A stretch of DNA of 64,000 bases, from NCBI GenBank assembly GCA_016748015.1, contig JAAOMT010000046.1:310001-374000 (forward strand). The letters run 5' to 3'. Of this stretch, positions 35,890 through 48,700 are shown in pieces (the first letter of the stretch is position 1; each line of letters opens with the position of its first letter). Position numbers and translations under genes: made by a program. The notes under the pieces were generated by a model that saw only the letters and a list, made by a program, of their open reading frames with translations, was not told the origin of the DNA and made no database searches. Source of the stretch: Geosiphon pyriformis uo1. Lineage: Eukaryota > Fungi > Glomeromycota.

Positions 35890-37844
35890 ATGGATCCAGT
35901 AGGCTTTTCTGCTGGTGGGTCAGCATCTGGTTTGGCTGGTGTGAGAACCCGTTCTGGCACTAAAAAAAAGGCGCGTGTTGAGAGTGTTTATGCTTGTGGT
36001 CCATCTTACAAGAAAGCAAAGAAACCTGATGATTCTGGTGTTGTTGTGAATTCATTGGCTGGCCCTCTGCCTGTAGACATGCTACATGGTAGCATTGACG
36101 ACTGGAAGAAATCTTGGGGTAGCGAAATAGACAGCAAGGAATCAAGTGTTGGCGGGACTTCTGACATTGAGAACATAAAGAACATGATTGTGGAAGAAAT
36201 GAGCTATGTTGATTCCGACACTTCTGGGGATGATGAACTAATGGGTAATGCTACGCCAAAGAGTTTGAGAACAAGAATGTACGTATTTGAACACCTGCCT
36301 AAGCAGCCTTCTTTCATTGATGTGGGTGGTTCTGGCGATGTTTTGGAGCTCCCTTCTCGCATGTTCAATGGATCTAATCAGTTGCTGCCAGTTACGTCAC
36401 GTGATCAAAAAATTTGGAGTTTTATTTCGGTGAAATCTTTTGCATTAGATATTGAACTTTCTGCTGTTTCTGGGAAAACTGTTAGTGATAAGTTGATTTG
36501 TGTGAAAAAAATTTTTTATCAAGTTAATGGTTTTGGGAGGGCTTCGACTCCCTCAAAATTTCTAGGAATAATAAGATCATCATTTACATCTGAAAAAAGT
36601 TTGATTAAGGCAAGGGAAATGGCAATCAGTGAAAAATTTTTGGTAAATGATGATCTAAGAAAAGTAAACAGCCATTCAGATCAGAAGGTGATCGTCAAGG
36701 AAATCCCAGTGGATCTTCCCAAATCGGTGATTGAGGCAGTGTTCTCCAAGTTTGGCAAGATTATTTCAATCAAAGTGCAGCTTATTGGTCTTTGGCAAAA
36801 GGCCCTAGTGGAATATGAATCATCTGAGATAGCTGATTTGGTCACGGCTAGATGGTCTGTGCTCATGGGAAAAAATTCTGTTCGCATGGCAAAGGCAAGT
36901 GTTGATAAACAAACGTGGGTATCTAAGAATCAGCATCGGGCATTGCTTTATACTCTTCCAGTTGGCACCACTGCCCATGATTTGTCTGCATTGGTAGAGG
37001 CCTATAGTGAGAAAACTTGTTTTATTGGCTGTAATCCATCTTCATATATTCGTGATTGGTGTGCTGTGATCTGTTTTGAGAGTGAGGCATCCAAGTTGGC
37101 TGCTATTGGTTTGGTTCTGGTTTTCAAGGGTGTGAGTTTGTGTTGGGCTGGTCTATCTTTGGCTTGTTGTGCAGTGTGTAAACAATTCGGTCATGTTTCT
37201 GATGTTTGTTCTATGGGTGGGAATTCTGGTGCTTGCAGTAAGTGGATGGTAATTTCTCAGGATCAAATTCGTCTGGCTAATGTATATAGGAGAAAACAGG
37301 CTTCTATCACTCATCCAGTTTTCTTTGGTGGTAAGACATGGGTTTAAGTTGCTAGTGGCACTTTCTCTTGTGTGATTTCTTCAGGTCCTTTTTCTGTTGG
37401 TGCTAGTTTTGGTGTGGGTTCTGCCTTGGTAGAATTCTCCCCTTCTGATATCTCTGGTGCAGTCAGTTGGCAATTTTGGAACGCTTTTTGGAGCTTTTAG
37501 CAGACCGAGTTTCTGCCATTGTGAAGAAGCTGAGTTGTGTTGAGGTAGTATCTTCGGAGTCTTCTTCTCTAGTCTCTTATCCCATTGCGTTTGCTTCTCT
37601 GGCCTCATGCGTAGATTTGGATATGGCACTGGACGTTCCGTTGGTGGCCTCTCCTTCTCTTTGCCCTACCGTTGATGATGCCAATCCTGATTTTGGTTCT
37701 AGTAGTTCGAAGGTTTTAACTGCCAAGGTTGGTGGTTTGAAGTCAAAGTTGATGGCTTTGGATGCATCAGTCAGTTCAGTGTTGACAAGACTGGATATGT
37801 TGTGTTCTGGTTTGGGTTCTTTAGTTCTCTCGTTTTCTCAATGA
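35890..37844 (+). pseudogene. LINE C ORF1
   Basis: MDPVG start; VIVKEIPVDLPKSVIEAVFSKFG (RRM); CAVCKQFGHVSDVC; ATGA overlap at 37841-37844. Confidence 0.92.
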
Positions 37845-40800
37845 CCGGTTTTATTTGGAAGGTTGCTACGTGTAATGTTCAAGGCATGAACATTCCTGCG
37901 AAACAAGAAGATATAGTTCGTTGGCACAAGGACATGGGAAATTTGGTTTCTATTTTTACTGAGACAAAGTTAAAGGATAGGGTTCATCCCTGGATTGCCA
38001 ACAAGTTTGATGGTGTTTGGGTGTTTTCCTCTGGTTTGGATTCTGGTTATCTGGGTGCTGGTGTGGTGGTTGTCATGGACTCTTCTTTGGCAAGACATGT
38101 GTGCAGAGTTTCTGAAGTGCCTGGCTGGCTCTTGTCTGTTAGATTGCTTTTCAAGAATAAGCTCTTGGTGTCAATTCTAGGGCTCTACGCTGGTGCTTTT
38201 TTGGTGGTGCAGTTTTCCCAAGCTGATGAGATTAACTCTCTTATTGCAAAAGCTGTTAATAAATCTTCTTTCGTCATTTTCGGGGTGATTTTAATGAAGA
38301 CGGTTCTCATAAAAGTCCAAGTTTCAAAAGATGCTTTGATTTGGGTCTGGTCAATTCTTTAGTTGGTAGCCCAGCTGTGAAAACGTCCACTTGGGAAAAT
38401 TCTAGAGGTGTTACAAAAGTAATTGATTATGTGTTTGTCTCCTCGTGTCTTGTCAATGCAATAGTGCATTGTAAGGTTTTGAATGTCAGTGAGCATTTTG
38501 ACACAGACCATCGAGCTGTTTCAGTGGATTTGGGTTTGGACAGGCTCTTGGATATGTGCTTGATTTCTCTTCACAAGCAGGCGAATAGGGATCGTTGAAA
38601 GTTTGACGTCAAAGGTGCCAATGATGCTAGGTGGTTGGAGTTCAAGGATGCTTCAGCTGCCAATATCTCTATGTTCTCAGATGCTTTTGAAGTGGCAATG
38701 AGGTTTTCAGATGTGGACACTATGTAGGATATTGTTCGCAAGATCATGGTTCTTTCAGTGGGTGGTACATTCAAGAAAAAATGGTTCAAAGGTTTTGACG
38801 GCGTGTTTACTAGGACTTCTTCTAAGTTTCACAAACTGAAGCTGCTGGTTTTTAAATTGGTTAAGACCTCGCATTTGGCTTCAAGTGATGGTTTTGCTTT
38901 TTTGTTAAAGGTGTGGCACAGACTCAACTCTCCTGGTGCATCAGAGGTTAAGTCTCTGTTTCTTTTAGGTTCTAATTTTGATATTATTCATTTTGCGCTA
39001 GCCAAAGCGAAGAAATCATACTGCTCTTTGAAATTTTTGGAATCCAAGTGTGCTGAAGAATCTTCGATCAAGCAGGCTATTGGTAAGAGAATGGAGAGTT
39101 TTGAGCTGAACAAGGGTCACACCATTAGAAGTGTTTTGGAGCGTCTTTTTCGCAAGGTGGTTCTAGATCATCTGGTTGTAGAAGAAGAGTTGATTTTGGA
39201 GCCCGATTTGGTTAAGTCCAAGGTAGACGAAATTATGGAGAGATGGACCAGAAAACATGAGGTGGTGTCTGACTTCTTTGAGGATTGGGTTTGTCAATTT
39301 CGGCCTCTGGATTATGTGTTCGATGGTGCTTTCTCTGATGTCATGTGCTCGATCAGTTTTGATGAGTTGTCAACTGTTGTTAAAGATCTTCCTAATGGAA
39401 AAGCGGCTGGTCTTTCTGGTATCTCCAACGAATTGTGGAAACATTGTGACAAATTTATTTTGGATATGCTTTTGGTGCTCTTGAATTTCTGTCTGGTTGG
39501 CAAGTTGGTTCCTGGGCCTTGGAGAGAAGCTTGGGTCTCGATGATTCCTAAACTATATGAATAGGAGAGAGTTCTCACGAACACCCATCCTATAACTTTA
39601 ATTGAAACGGCCTGCAAGATTTTCTCCAAGATCCTTTCAGATAGGATCTCTTTGGCTTGCAGCACTTTTGATGTTCTTCGTGGAGACAATTTTTCGGTTT
39701 TGAAAGGTACAACAACACAGTCTCTCATTTTTGCTGTCGGTTCTGTGGTTAAGGATGCCTTGGAGAAGAACCGTGAACTTTGGCTGGTTTTACAGGACAT
39801 GCGCAAGGCTTATGACTCGGTTGGTTGAGAACATCTTAGGAAGAATTTAATCAGGATCAAAATATGTGACAGGTTTATTAGATTTTTTGGCAGTATTCAC
39901 AATGGTCGCATCAACAAAATGATGACTGACTTTGGTTTAACTGATGGGTATTGTGTCCATGATGGGCTGGATCAGAGTGAAGTTTTCTCATCTCTTCTCT
40001 GGCGTATTTTTTATGATTTGCTTTTGTGTGAGGTCAAGAGGCAGGAGAGTGTGTGGGACTACAAGTTGAATTCTTATTATGTTTCTAAAACAGACCAAGT
40101 AGATCTTTGTGCTGGATTGACTTTGTTTCTCACTGCTGGTGCTTTCATCGATGATATTATTTGGGTTGGTAGCAGCCAGGCTGCTACACAACACATTTTG
40201 GATATTGCTAGTGAGTTTTTCAGGTTCAATGACATTTCTGTGAATAACGACAAGACGGTGGCCATTCCTATCAACTGTCGGGTATTGGACCCTCGTTTAA
40301 CCATCAGTGGCGCGCCTATTTCCATCACCAGGAAAGGGGAATCTCATCGCTATTTGGGTATTTTTTTGTCTTCTGGGGGTCTTTCGAAGCCTAGCTTGGC
40401 TAAAGCTCAGGCTGATGTACGGTTTTTTGTGAATCTTGTTTTGAGGAAGGCGATTTCGGACAAACAGTGTGCATATTTGGTGTCTGTGATTCTTTTTTCT
40501 ATCATCAGCTACAAGACTCAGTTCAGTTTCATTTCTTTGGGTGTTTGTAGTAAATGGGATGCGTTGGTATGCAAGATCTTTAAGTCCAAGTCTGGGTTGC
40601 CACATGATTTCCCCAGTGATGCTCTTCATTATCCCTCTCTGTACAATCTAAAGACTTTCGAACAAATCCAGGCTGAGAGTAAATCAGCCTCCATTATTGC
40701 TTTTGCAAATTTCACTGGTGTCTTGGATTGCTTGTTTTCACATAGGTCTCATGACCTTCAGATTCTCAGCTGGCATTTTCATTATCCCTTAATGTTTCTA

Positions 40801-42528
40801 GCTCGTGTTGGTGTTAGTCTCTCAAATAATTTTTTGGTTGGTGTGGTCTGTATTTTTTCCAGATGTGATTTGTCTTTGGGAGGCCCTCTGGCTTGTGCTT
40901 TTCGTCATCGGTGTGGTACTTCTATGTCTTTGGTTCTAGGTGATTCCTGTTTTTTCAAGTGTGTCTCTTCGCTCAGGCATTATGGGATTGCTTTCGTGGA
41001 ACAGCTTCGTGACCGTAATGGTAATGTTTTTAGTTGGAGAATCTTTAAGCATTGGAAGAGACTGGACCCTTGTGGCCCAGTCCCTTTCTGGTTTGATCTC
41101 TCCGTTCACTTTCTTGGTGGTGTTGTATCTCTCTCCTCAAGTTTCTCTTTGGCGGATGATCATGCTGTGTCTGACATTCGTCTTTCTCATGATTTTGGTG
41201 TGGTTTGTGATGCTTTGCCAACTGTTGAAGCTGCTCGCCTTTCTGTGTATACGGATGGATCTCTTTCTGGTCTGGGCTCTGTTGATGTGAGGGCGGGTGC
41301 TGCTGTTTTTTTTAAGGACATTAACTTGGGTTTGGGTGTTGGGGTGTCTGGTTTGGTTTCTTCTACTCTGATGGAGCTACAAGCCATAGCTTTGGCCCTT
41401 GAGTGTGTTTCTTTTTCTCATTCGGTTGATTTGTTCTCAGATAGCCAAGCTGCTTTAGATGCGTGTAAGTCGGAATTGTCACTGGCTCGTCCAGATTTCA
41501 AAAACTGTTGTTGGATTGAGCATCATTACATTACTACTGTCATTTGTCAGAAGAATTTGGATGTGAATTGGGTTAAGGTGAAGGGTCATTCAGGTGTCTC
41601 AGGCAATGATCGTGCTAATGCATTTGCTAAAGATGCTGCTCTTTCTGCTTGGCACCTACCTTATTTAGTCAGTGAACATTTTCTGTGTGCTGGTAGTGTG
41701 GCAGTTTCTGGTAATTCTAGACACTTTGTTTGTGATGTTTTCCAGTCAGTCCATTGAGCTCGTTAGGAGGTCGGAGTGGGTTTTCGTGTCATGGATGATA
41801 GGTTGCGCACTGATATCAATTGGTCTAAGTCTTCTATGGTATGGCACCCCAATTCTCACTTGGCATCCGGTTTTACCAGCATGTGCACGGCTAGCTGTCG
41901 TACTTACTTTATAAAGACTCTCCATCATTGGCTTCCTGTTGCTGTGTGCAAGCGTTTGTATGATAGGAGATACCCCAGTGTAGTCTGTCTGTTCTGTGGT
42001 GATGTTGAGACCTTGGATTACGTCTTTTCATGTCCTCAAGATGCCATTGGTCGTGCTCATTTGTTGGGTGCTCATGCTTCAGCTTGGAAGGCTCTTTCTG
42101 GCCTGTCTCATTCTTCTTCTTGTGTCTTACAGGCTTTGGCTTCTTGTATTTCTGAGGTTGAAATTGGTGTTGCTCTGTGTAAAGGCTTTGTTTTCGATGA
42201 GTGGTTTCATGAGTCTGTCTTGGTTTTTAATGATTCTGATGAGAGTACTAAAAGGATTGTGAGCTTTGTGCATGGGTTCTGTCTTGCATTTCGGGATGAC
42301 ATTTGGTTGGTCCGCGCCAGACACCAAGCGTTTATGGAAAAGCGCGGTCTGATTCTGCGTGACGGCTCAACTCTTGTTTTAGTTTCTGGTTTGTCTAAGG
42401 TGTTTTTGGCTGGTGTGATTAGATTGCTGAGAGTGGCTGAGGCTTTTGAAGTTGGTTTTGGGTTTCGTAGGTTTTGTCCATTTTTTTTAGGTATTGGAGA
42501 TTTGGTTTCTGTGCATATAGATGTATAG
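37841..42528 (+). pseudogene. LINE C ORF2 (APE, RT, RNase H, Zn finger)
   Basis: TCNV, FDTDHRAV, DMRKAYDSV, AFIDD, YLGI, VYTDGS, SDSQAAL, KGHSG..GNDRA, CLFCGDVE. Confidence 0.95.
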
Positions 42529-42645
42529 TGTAGTCCTGACTGGCCCAAGTGGCTGGTTACATGTAGAAAGTACATGATTTGCACCTAGTTTAGATCATTT
42601 GTATGATGTATAGCACTAGGTCGCATTTAGACCTCACTCGTTAAA
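42529..42645 (+). other. Conserved structured 3' UTR of the LINEs (representative copy; also 2227-2344 -, 17186-17303, 50420-50537, 60152-60269, 60684-60801 -)
   Basis: Hairpin tgactggcc/ggctggtta, stem acctag/ctaggt, inner atca/tgat hairpin, possible loop pairing with cactcg. Confidence 0.7.
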
Positions 42646-43813
42646 TAAATAAATAAAAAATAATAATAATAGCAGTAATATTAGTTTGTTAATAATTACA
42701 GACTATTCTTTTACTTTTAGATTTTTAGAAAAAATTAGCAACTGTAATTTCTATAAAACTAATTACATATATTAAATTTATACATATTTAATTTGTTTTC
42801 TTATTATAATTTTTTTTTGATTATTTCTATTATTCTACAATTTTGTTTTCTTTTATTATCTATTAGTTTGTTATTCTAATAATACAATTATTTTTATTAA
42901 ACCAACATAATTATTAATATAATTGCTTTAACTAAACATGATAATAAACTTAAACAATTATTTTGTCTTAATAAAATTTTTGAATAAAAAACAATATTTA
43001 TTGAATTACACTTAACAACAAAAAAAACATTTGTGAAAACAATCAAATCTTTATTTAATTTGCCAAAATCAGTTATACAAAAAAATAAAAAAGATTCTAA
43101 CTGCTTTTAAAAAATTATAAGATTTAAAAAAAAAATGTAATTTATAATATATATACTAATCTATTAATTAGATATTTTAAAAAAACAAAAACAATTCAAA
43201 AAATTTTAGCTCAAAACTTGTAATATTTGCCAAAAAAAAACATTTATCCAATTTTTGTTGGTTAATTATTTAATAAAATTGGCATGAATTTTATTAATTC
43301 TTAATAGTAACTTCTAATAACAACTAATATATTATAATAATTATTAATTATCTTATAAATTAAGTAAAAGCAAAAGTTATACTTAACAAAACAGCAGTTT
43401 TTATTGTTAATTTTATTTATGAAAATATTATATATTATTATATATGTTTTAAAAAACTTTTATTTGATAGAAAAAGAGTTTTTTTAATACTTTAATTAAA
43501 AAACTTTGTAGAAAATTAAAAATATATTACAAACTTTTATCTTTTTATTATTTTCAAACAGATAGCTTAGTAAAATATTTTAATAGAACATTATGTAAAA
43601 TTTTGGTCAAAACTAGTAAAAAAACAAATTTATAAGACAAAGTATTGTTTTTAGCTTTTTTTACTTATAAAACTGTAAATATAACTTAATCTTTCTTTTG
43701 TTGATCCCCTGACCATAATGAGAGCATAGAGTAGTCAAAGAAATATCTTCTTTTTCCCATATTCCTTTTTGTTCCCTTCAGTTATTTTTTTACACACACC
43801 CTTGTTTGTGACA

Positions 43814-45737
43814 ATGGATCCAGTAGGCTCTTTTGCTGGTGGGTTGGCATTTGGTTCGGCTGGTGTGGAGACCTGGTCTGGCACTAAAAAGAAGATGTGC
43901 ATTGAGAGTATTTATGTTTGTGGTTCATCTTACAAAAAAGTGAAAAAACCTGATGATTCTGGTGTTGTTGTAGATTTGTCAGCTGGCCTTCTGGCCGTGG
44001 ACATGTTACATGATAGTGTTGATGACTGAAAGAAATCTTGGGGTAGCAAAATAAATAGTAAGGAATCGAGTATTGACAGAACTTCCGATATCAAGAACAT
44101 GAAAAACACAATTATGGAAAAAATGAGCTACATCAATTTCAACACTTCTGGGGATAACGAACTAATGAATAATGCTACGCCAAAAAATTTGAGAATGAGA
44201 ACATATATATTTGAACACCTGCCTAAGCAGCCTTCTTTCATTAATATGGGTGGTGCTGACGACATTTTGGAGCTCCCTTCTTACACGTTCAATGAATCTA
44301 TTCAGTTGCTGCCAGTCACATCACGTGATCGGGAAATTCAGAGTTTTATTTCGGTGAAATTTTTTGCATTGGATATTGAACTTTCTGTTGTTCCTGGAAA
44401 AACTGTTAGTGATAAGTTGATTTGTGTGAAAAAATTTTTTTATCAAATGAATGGTTTTGGAGGAGCCTCTACTCCCTCAAAATTTCTTGGAATCATCAGA
44501 TCTTCCTTTACTTCTGAGATGAGCCTGAATAAGGTGAAAGAATTGGCAATCAGTAAAAATATTTTGGTTAATGATGATCTAAGAAGAGTAAACATCCATT
44601 TGGATTAGATAGTGATAGTCGAGGAAATTTCTGTCGATCTTCCAAAATTGGTGATTAAGGCAGTGTTTTCTAAGTTTGGTGTGATTGTTTCTATCAGGAT
44701 GCAGTTGATCAGTTTGTAACAAAAAGCCATCATCGAATTTGAGTTGGCTGAGGTTGTCTGTTTGGTTGCTTCTAAATGGTCTGTTCTTGTGGAAAAGAAT
44801 TCTGTATGAGTAGCTTTGGCTGTTGATAACAAACAGATGTGGGTGTTAAAAGACCATCATCAGGCTTTGCTCTACACTCTTTTGATTGGTATGACTGCTC
44901 ATGATTTGGCGGATTTGTTGGAGTCTTATGGTGGGAAAACGTGTTTCATTGGCCGTAATCCTGGCTCGTATGTGCATAACAGATGCACTATTATTTGTTT
45001 TGAGAATGAAACTGCCAAATTGGCTGCTTTTGGTTTGGTTCCGGTTTTTAAGGGGGTGAGCTTGTGTTGGGCTGGTCTTTCTCTGGCTTGCTGCACTGCA
45101 TGTAAACAGTATGATTATATCAGTGGAGAGTGTTCAGTGGGTGAGAATTTTGGTGGCTGTGGGAAAAAGGTGGTGACTGATTTGAATTGTGTTCATTTGG
45201 CCAGTATTTATAAGAAGAAGCAGGCACCTGTCACTCATCCAGTCTCTTTCAGTGGCAAAACTTGGACATCAGTGGTTGGTGCTCCTCTGGTGTGCAGTTT
45301 GCATGATGCTGGTTTGCTTTTTGGTTCCAACAAAGTTGGTAAACCTCTCCCTCCTGTTGCAAGCAATTTGGAAAAACATTTGGTGAATATTGAAAGCAGT
45401 CTCATCAGCCTTGTGGGACAAATTGGTGAGTTGGCTAAAAGATTGGAGTTACTCATATTGGCAGTTTCCCAGCCTAGCCCTAGATGTTAGCTGCTGGTGA
45501 CTCCCCCCATCACAGAATTGAGGAGAGGATATAGTGATAGGTGTGAGTTCAGGTGAGTCCACCAGTGATGAGACTACTACTGTTTCTGCTACCATTAAGG
45601 ACTCGCCTGTGTCCCCCCATGTCATCAAATTGGAAAATATGTTGGAGGGCTTTGCTGCTTTAATGCTGAGTCTGTTTGCTCATTTTGATGGTTTGGTTCT
45701 GGCTGGTGGTGCATGCTTACAACATCCTTCTCAATAA
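43814..45737 (+). pseudogene. LINE D ORF1
   Basis: MDPVG start, RRM motifs, CTACKQYDYISGEC (decayed knuckle), coiled coil. Confidence 0.9.
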
Positions 45738-48700
45738 GTGATCTTATCTGGAAGATCACTACTTGTAATGTTAGGGGAATGAACAATTCTGCTAAACAGA
45801 ATAATGTCATTTGCTGGCACAAGGACATGGACAATTTTATTTTTATTTTTACTGAGTCAAAACTTAAAGGAAAAGTTCACTCTTGGTTAACCAACAAATT
45901 TGATAGTGTTCAGGTATTTACTACTGGTCTGAATTCTGGTCATCTGAGTGCTGGTGTTGTGATCATCATGAATTCTTTTTTGGCAAGGCATGTGTGCAAG
46001 GTTTCTGAGGTGTTTAGTTGGCTCTTTTCCATTAAATTGCTTTTTAAAAATAAACTTTCAGTGTTTATTTTGGGGCTATATGCTGGTGCTTTGTCAGCAG
46101 TTTGATTTTTTCAGGCTGGGAAAATCAACTTACTCATTGTGAAGACTGTTAATGAGTCTTCTTTTATTGTCCTCTGTGGTGATTTTAATGAAGATGGGTC
46201 TAAGAAATGCACAAGTTTTAAGAAGTGTGTGAATTTAGGGTTGGTTAATTCTCTGGCTGGATGTCCAGAGGCTAAGATGCCCACATGGGTAAATTCTAGA
46301 GGCACCATAAAGACTATTGATTACGTGTTTGTTTCTCCGAATCTGGTTGGTGTATTGATCCATTGTGGTGTTTTGGATGTTGGTGAATTTTTTGATATGA
46401 ACCATAAGACTGTGTTAGTATCTATGGGCTTGGATGAACTTTTGGATAATCAGTTGTGTTCTATTCACAAGCAAGCAAATCGAAACTGGTGGAAATTTAA
46501 CATCAAAAATGCTGATGAAGCAAAATGGTTGGGATTTAGGAATGCCATGGCCACTAATGCTTCTATGGTTTTGGATGCATTTGGTGTTGCTGTAAGGTTT
46601 TCAGATCTGGATGCTATGTGGGACATTGTTCATAAAATTATGGTTCTTTCAGTGGAGAGTACGTTTATGAAAAGTTGGTTCAAGGATTTTGATGTTGTTT
46701 TTACTAAGGAATTATCTAAGTTTTATAAGTTGGAACTGCTGGTTTCTAAGTTGGTCAAAGCTTTGCGTTTGGTTTTTAGTGATGATTTTGCTTCTTTGTT
46801 GAAGATGTGGGACAGGCTCAACATCACTGGTGCTTCAACAGTTAAGTTTTTCTTTCTTGAGGGTTTTGGTTTCGATGTTATCTGTTTTGTGCTGGCCAAG
46901 GCAAGGAAAGCATATCGTGCTTCCAAGTTGTTGGAATCCAAGCATGCTGAGAATTCTTGTATCAAGCTGGCTATTAGTAAGAGGATGGAAAGTTTTGAGT
47001 TGGACAAAAATCGCACAATCAGAAGTGTATTAGAGCACCCCTTTTGCAAGGTGGTTTTAGATCATCTAGTTATAAATGACAAGTTAATTTTGGAGCCTGG
47101 TTTGGTTAAATCTGGGGTGGATGTGATCATAGAAGAGTGGACCAGAAAACGTGAGGTGGTTTCAGATATTTTTGATGAATGGGCTTACCAGTACTGGCCT
47201 TTGAATTATGTGTTTGATGGTGCTTTTTCTGGTGTTATGTGTTTGATTAGTTTTGATAAGATGTTTGCCATTGTTATGGATCTTCCCAATGGGAAAGCTG
47301 CAGGCCTGTCTGGCATTTCTAATGAATTGTGAAAGCACTGTGATAAGTCGGTCTTGGACATGTTTTTGGTGCTCTTGAATGCTTGCTTGGTCAGTGAATT
47401 GGTTCCTGGACCTTGGAGAGAGGCTTTGGTGTCTATGATTCCTAAACTATATGAGTGGGAAGGGGTTCTTATGAATACACATCCTATTGCTCTAATAAAA
47501 ACGGCCCACAAGATTCTTTTTAAAGTCTTTTTTGATAGAATTTCTTCAGCTTGTAGTACTTTCAATGTTCTTTGTGGAGACAATTTTTCAGTTTTAAAAG
47601 GTACAATGACTCAGTCCCTCATTTTTGCTGTTAGTGCTGTTGTTGAGGATGCTCTGGAGAAGAACAGAAAACTTTGGCTGGTTTTACAGAACATGCGTAA
47701 GACTTATGACTCAGTTGGTTGGGAACATCTCAGAAGAAGTCTGATCAGGATTAAGATGTGTAACAGGTTCATTAGATTTTTTGGTGGTATTCACAATGGT
47801 CATGTTAACAGGGTAATGACAGATTTTGGTTTAACTAATGAGTATTATGTTCATGATGGGTTAGACCAAGACAAAGTTTTCTCACCCCTTCTGTGGCGCA
47901 TTTTCTACAATTCACTTTTGTGTGAGGTCAAAAGGCAGAAGAGTGTGTATGGCTATAGATTGAACTCTTATTTCATTTCCAAAACTGACTGAGCAGACTC
48001 TCAAACTGGATTGACTTTATTTTTTGCTGCTGGGGCTTTTGTTGATGACACTATTTGGGTTGATAGCAGCCAGGCTGCTACATAACACATTTTTGATGTA
48101 GCTAGTAAATTTTTTAGGTTCAATGATATTGCTGTAAACAATGACAAAACAGTGGCTATCCTTATCAATTGTCGGGTTATGAACCCTTACCTGACTATTA
48201 GTGGGTCACCTATTTCTATTGCCAAAAAGGGGGAATCTCATCATTATCTGGGTATTTTTTTGTTGACCAAAGGCTTGTCAAAGCCTAGCTTGGTCAAAAC
48301 TCATTCAGATGTGTGGTTTTTTGCAAATCTTGTTCTATGAAAGGGAATATCAGATAAACAGTTTGTGTATTTGGTGTTTACTGTTCTTTTCCTGATTATT
48401 TGTTACAGGATGCAGTTCAGCTTCATTCTTCTCAGTATGTGTAATAAGTGGAATGCTTTAATTCACAAGGAATTGAAGTCTAAGTCTGGCCTTTCACTCG
48501 ATTTCTCCAGTGATGTACTTCATCATCCCTCTTTGTATGGTTTAAAAACTTTTGAACAGGTTCAAGCAGAGAGCAAGTCAGCTTTTATTGTTTCTTTTGC
48601 AAATTCTGTTGGTATTCTAGGCCATTTGTTCTCTCACAGGTTTTATAATCTCCAGGTTCTTAGTTGGCATCCCCTTTACCCTTTGCAGTTTCTGGTCCAT

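Larger units (their letters stand above)
35756..42664 (+). mobile_element. LINE C, full-length, apparently the least decayed copy
   Basis: 10-bp TSD aataatagca at 35746-35755 and 42665-42674; A/TAA-rich tail; retains many CpGs and long ORFs (485 and 612 aa). Confidence 0.96.
18698..42880 (+). mobile_element. Old Ty3/Gypsy element B1 (heavily AT-decayed), host to Gypsy A1 and LINE C
   Basis: 5' LTR 18698-19433; PBS-like tggtgttttctataag at 19440; gag continuous across the A1 TSD (IGGYL*GFFAIWFSQ); knuckle YYYCRLTKHFLKNC near 30828; PR near 31490; RT VMLFG and VYLYDII at 32738-32845; RNase H near 32950; IN 33580-34580; 3' LTR split by LINE C. Confidence 0.82.
35258..42880 (+). repeat. 3' LTR of Gypsy B1, split by LINE C (35258-35755 and 42675-~42880); last ~8 bp missing
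   Basis: Both halves align consecutively to the 5' LTR 18698-19433. Confidence 0.82.

Noticed and set aside
35890-42528. An intact, active LINE
   Set aside because: Even LINE C has premature stops and frameshifts in both ORFs; no element in the window is coding-competent.
42529-42600. Hammerhead ribozyme in the LINE 3' UTR (CTGA...GAAA)
   Set aside because: CTGA is not followed by NGA and lies within a hairpin stem; the GAAA is in a hairpin loop, so the core geometry does not fit.
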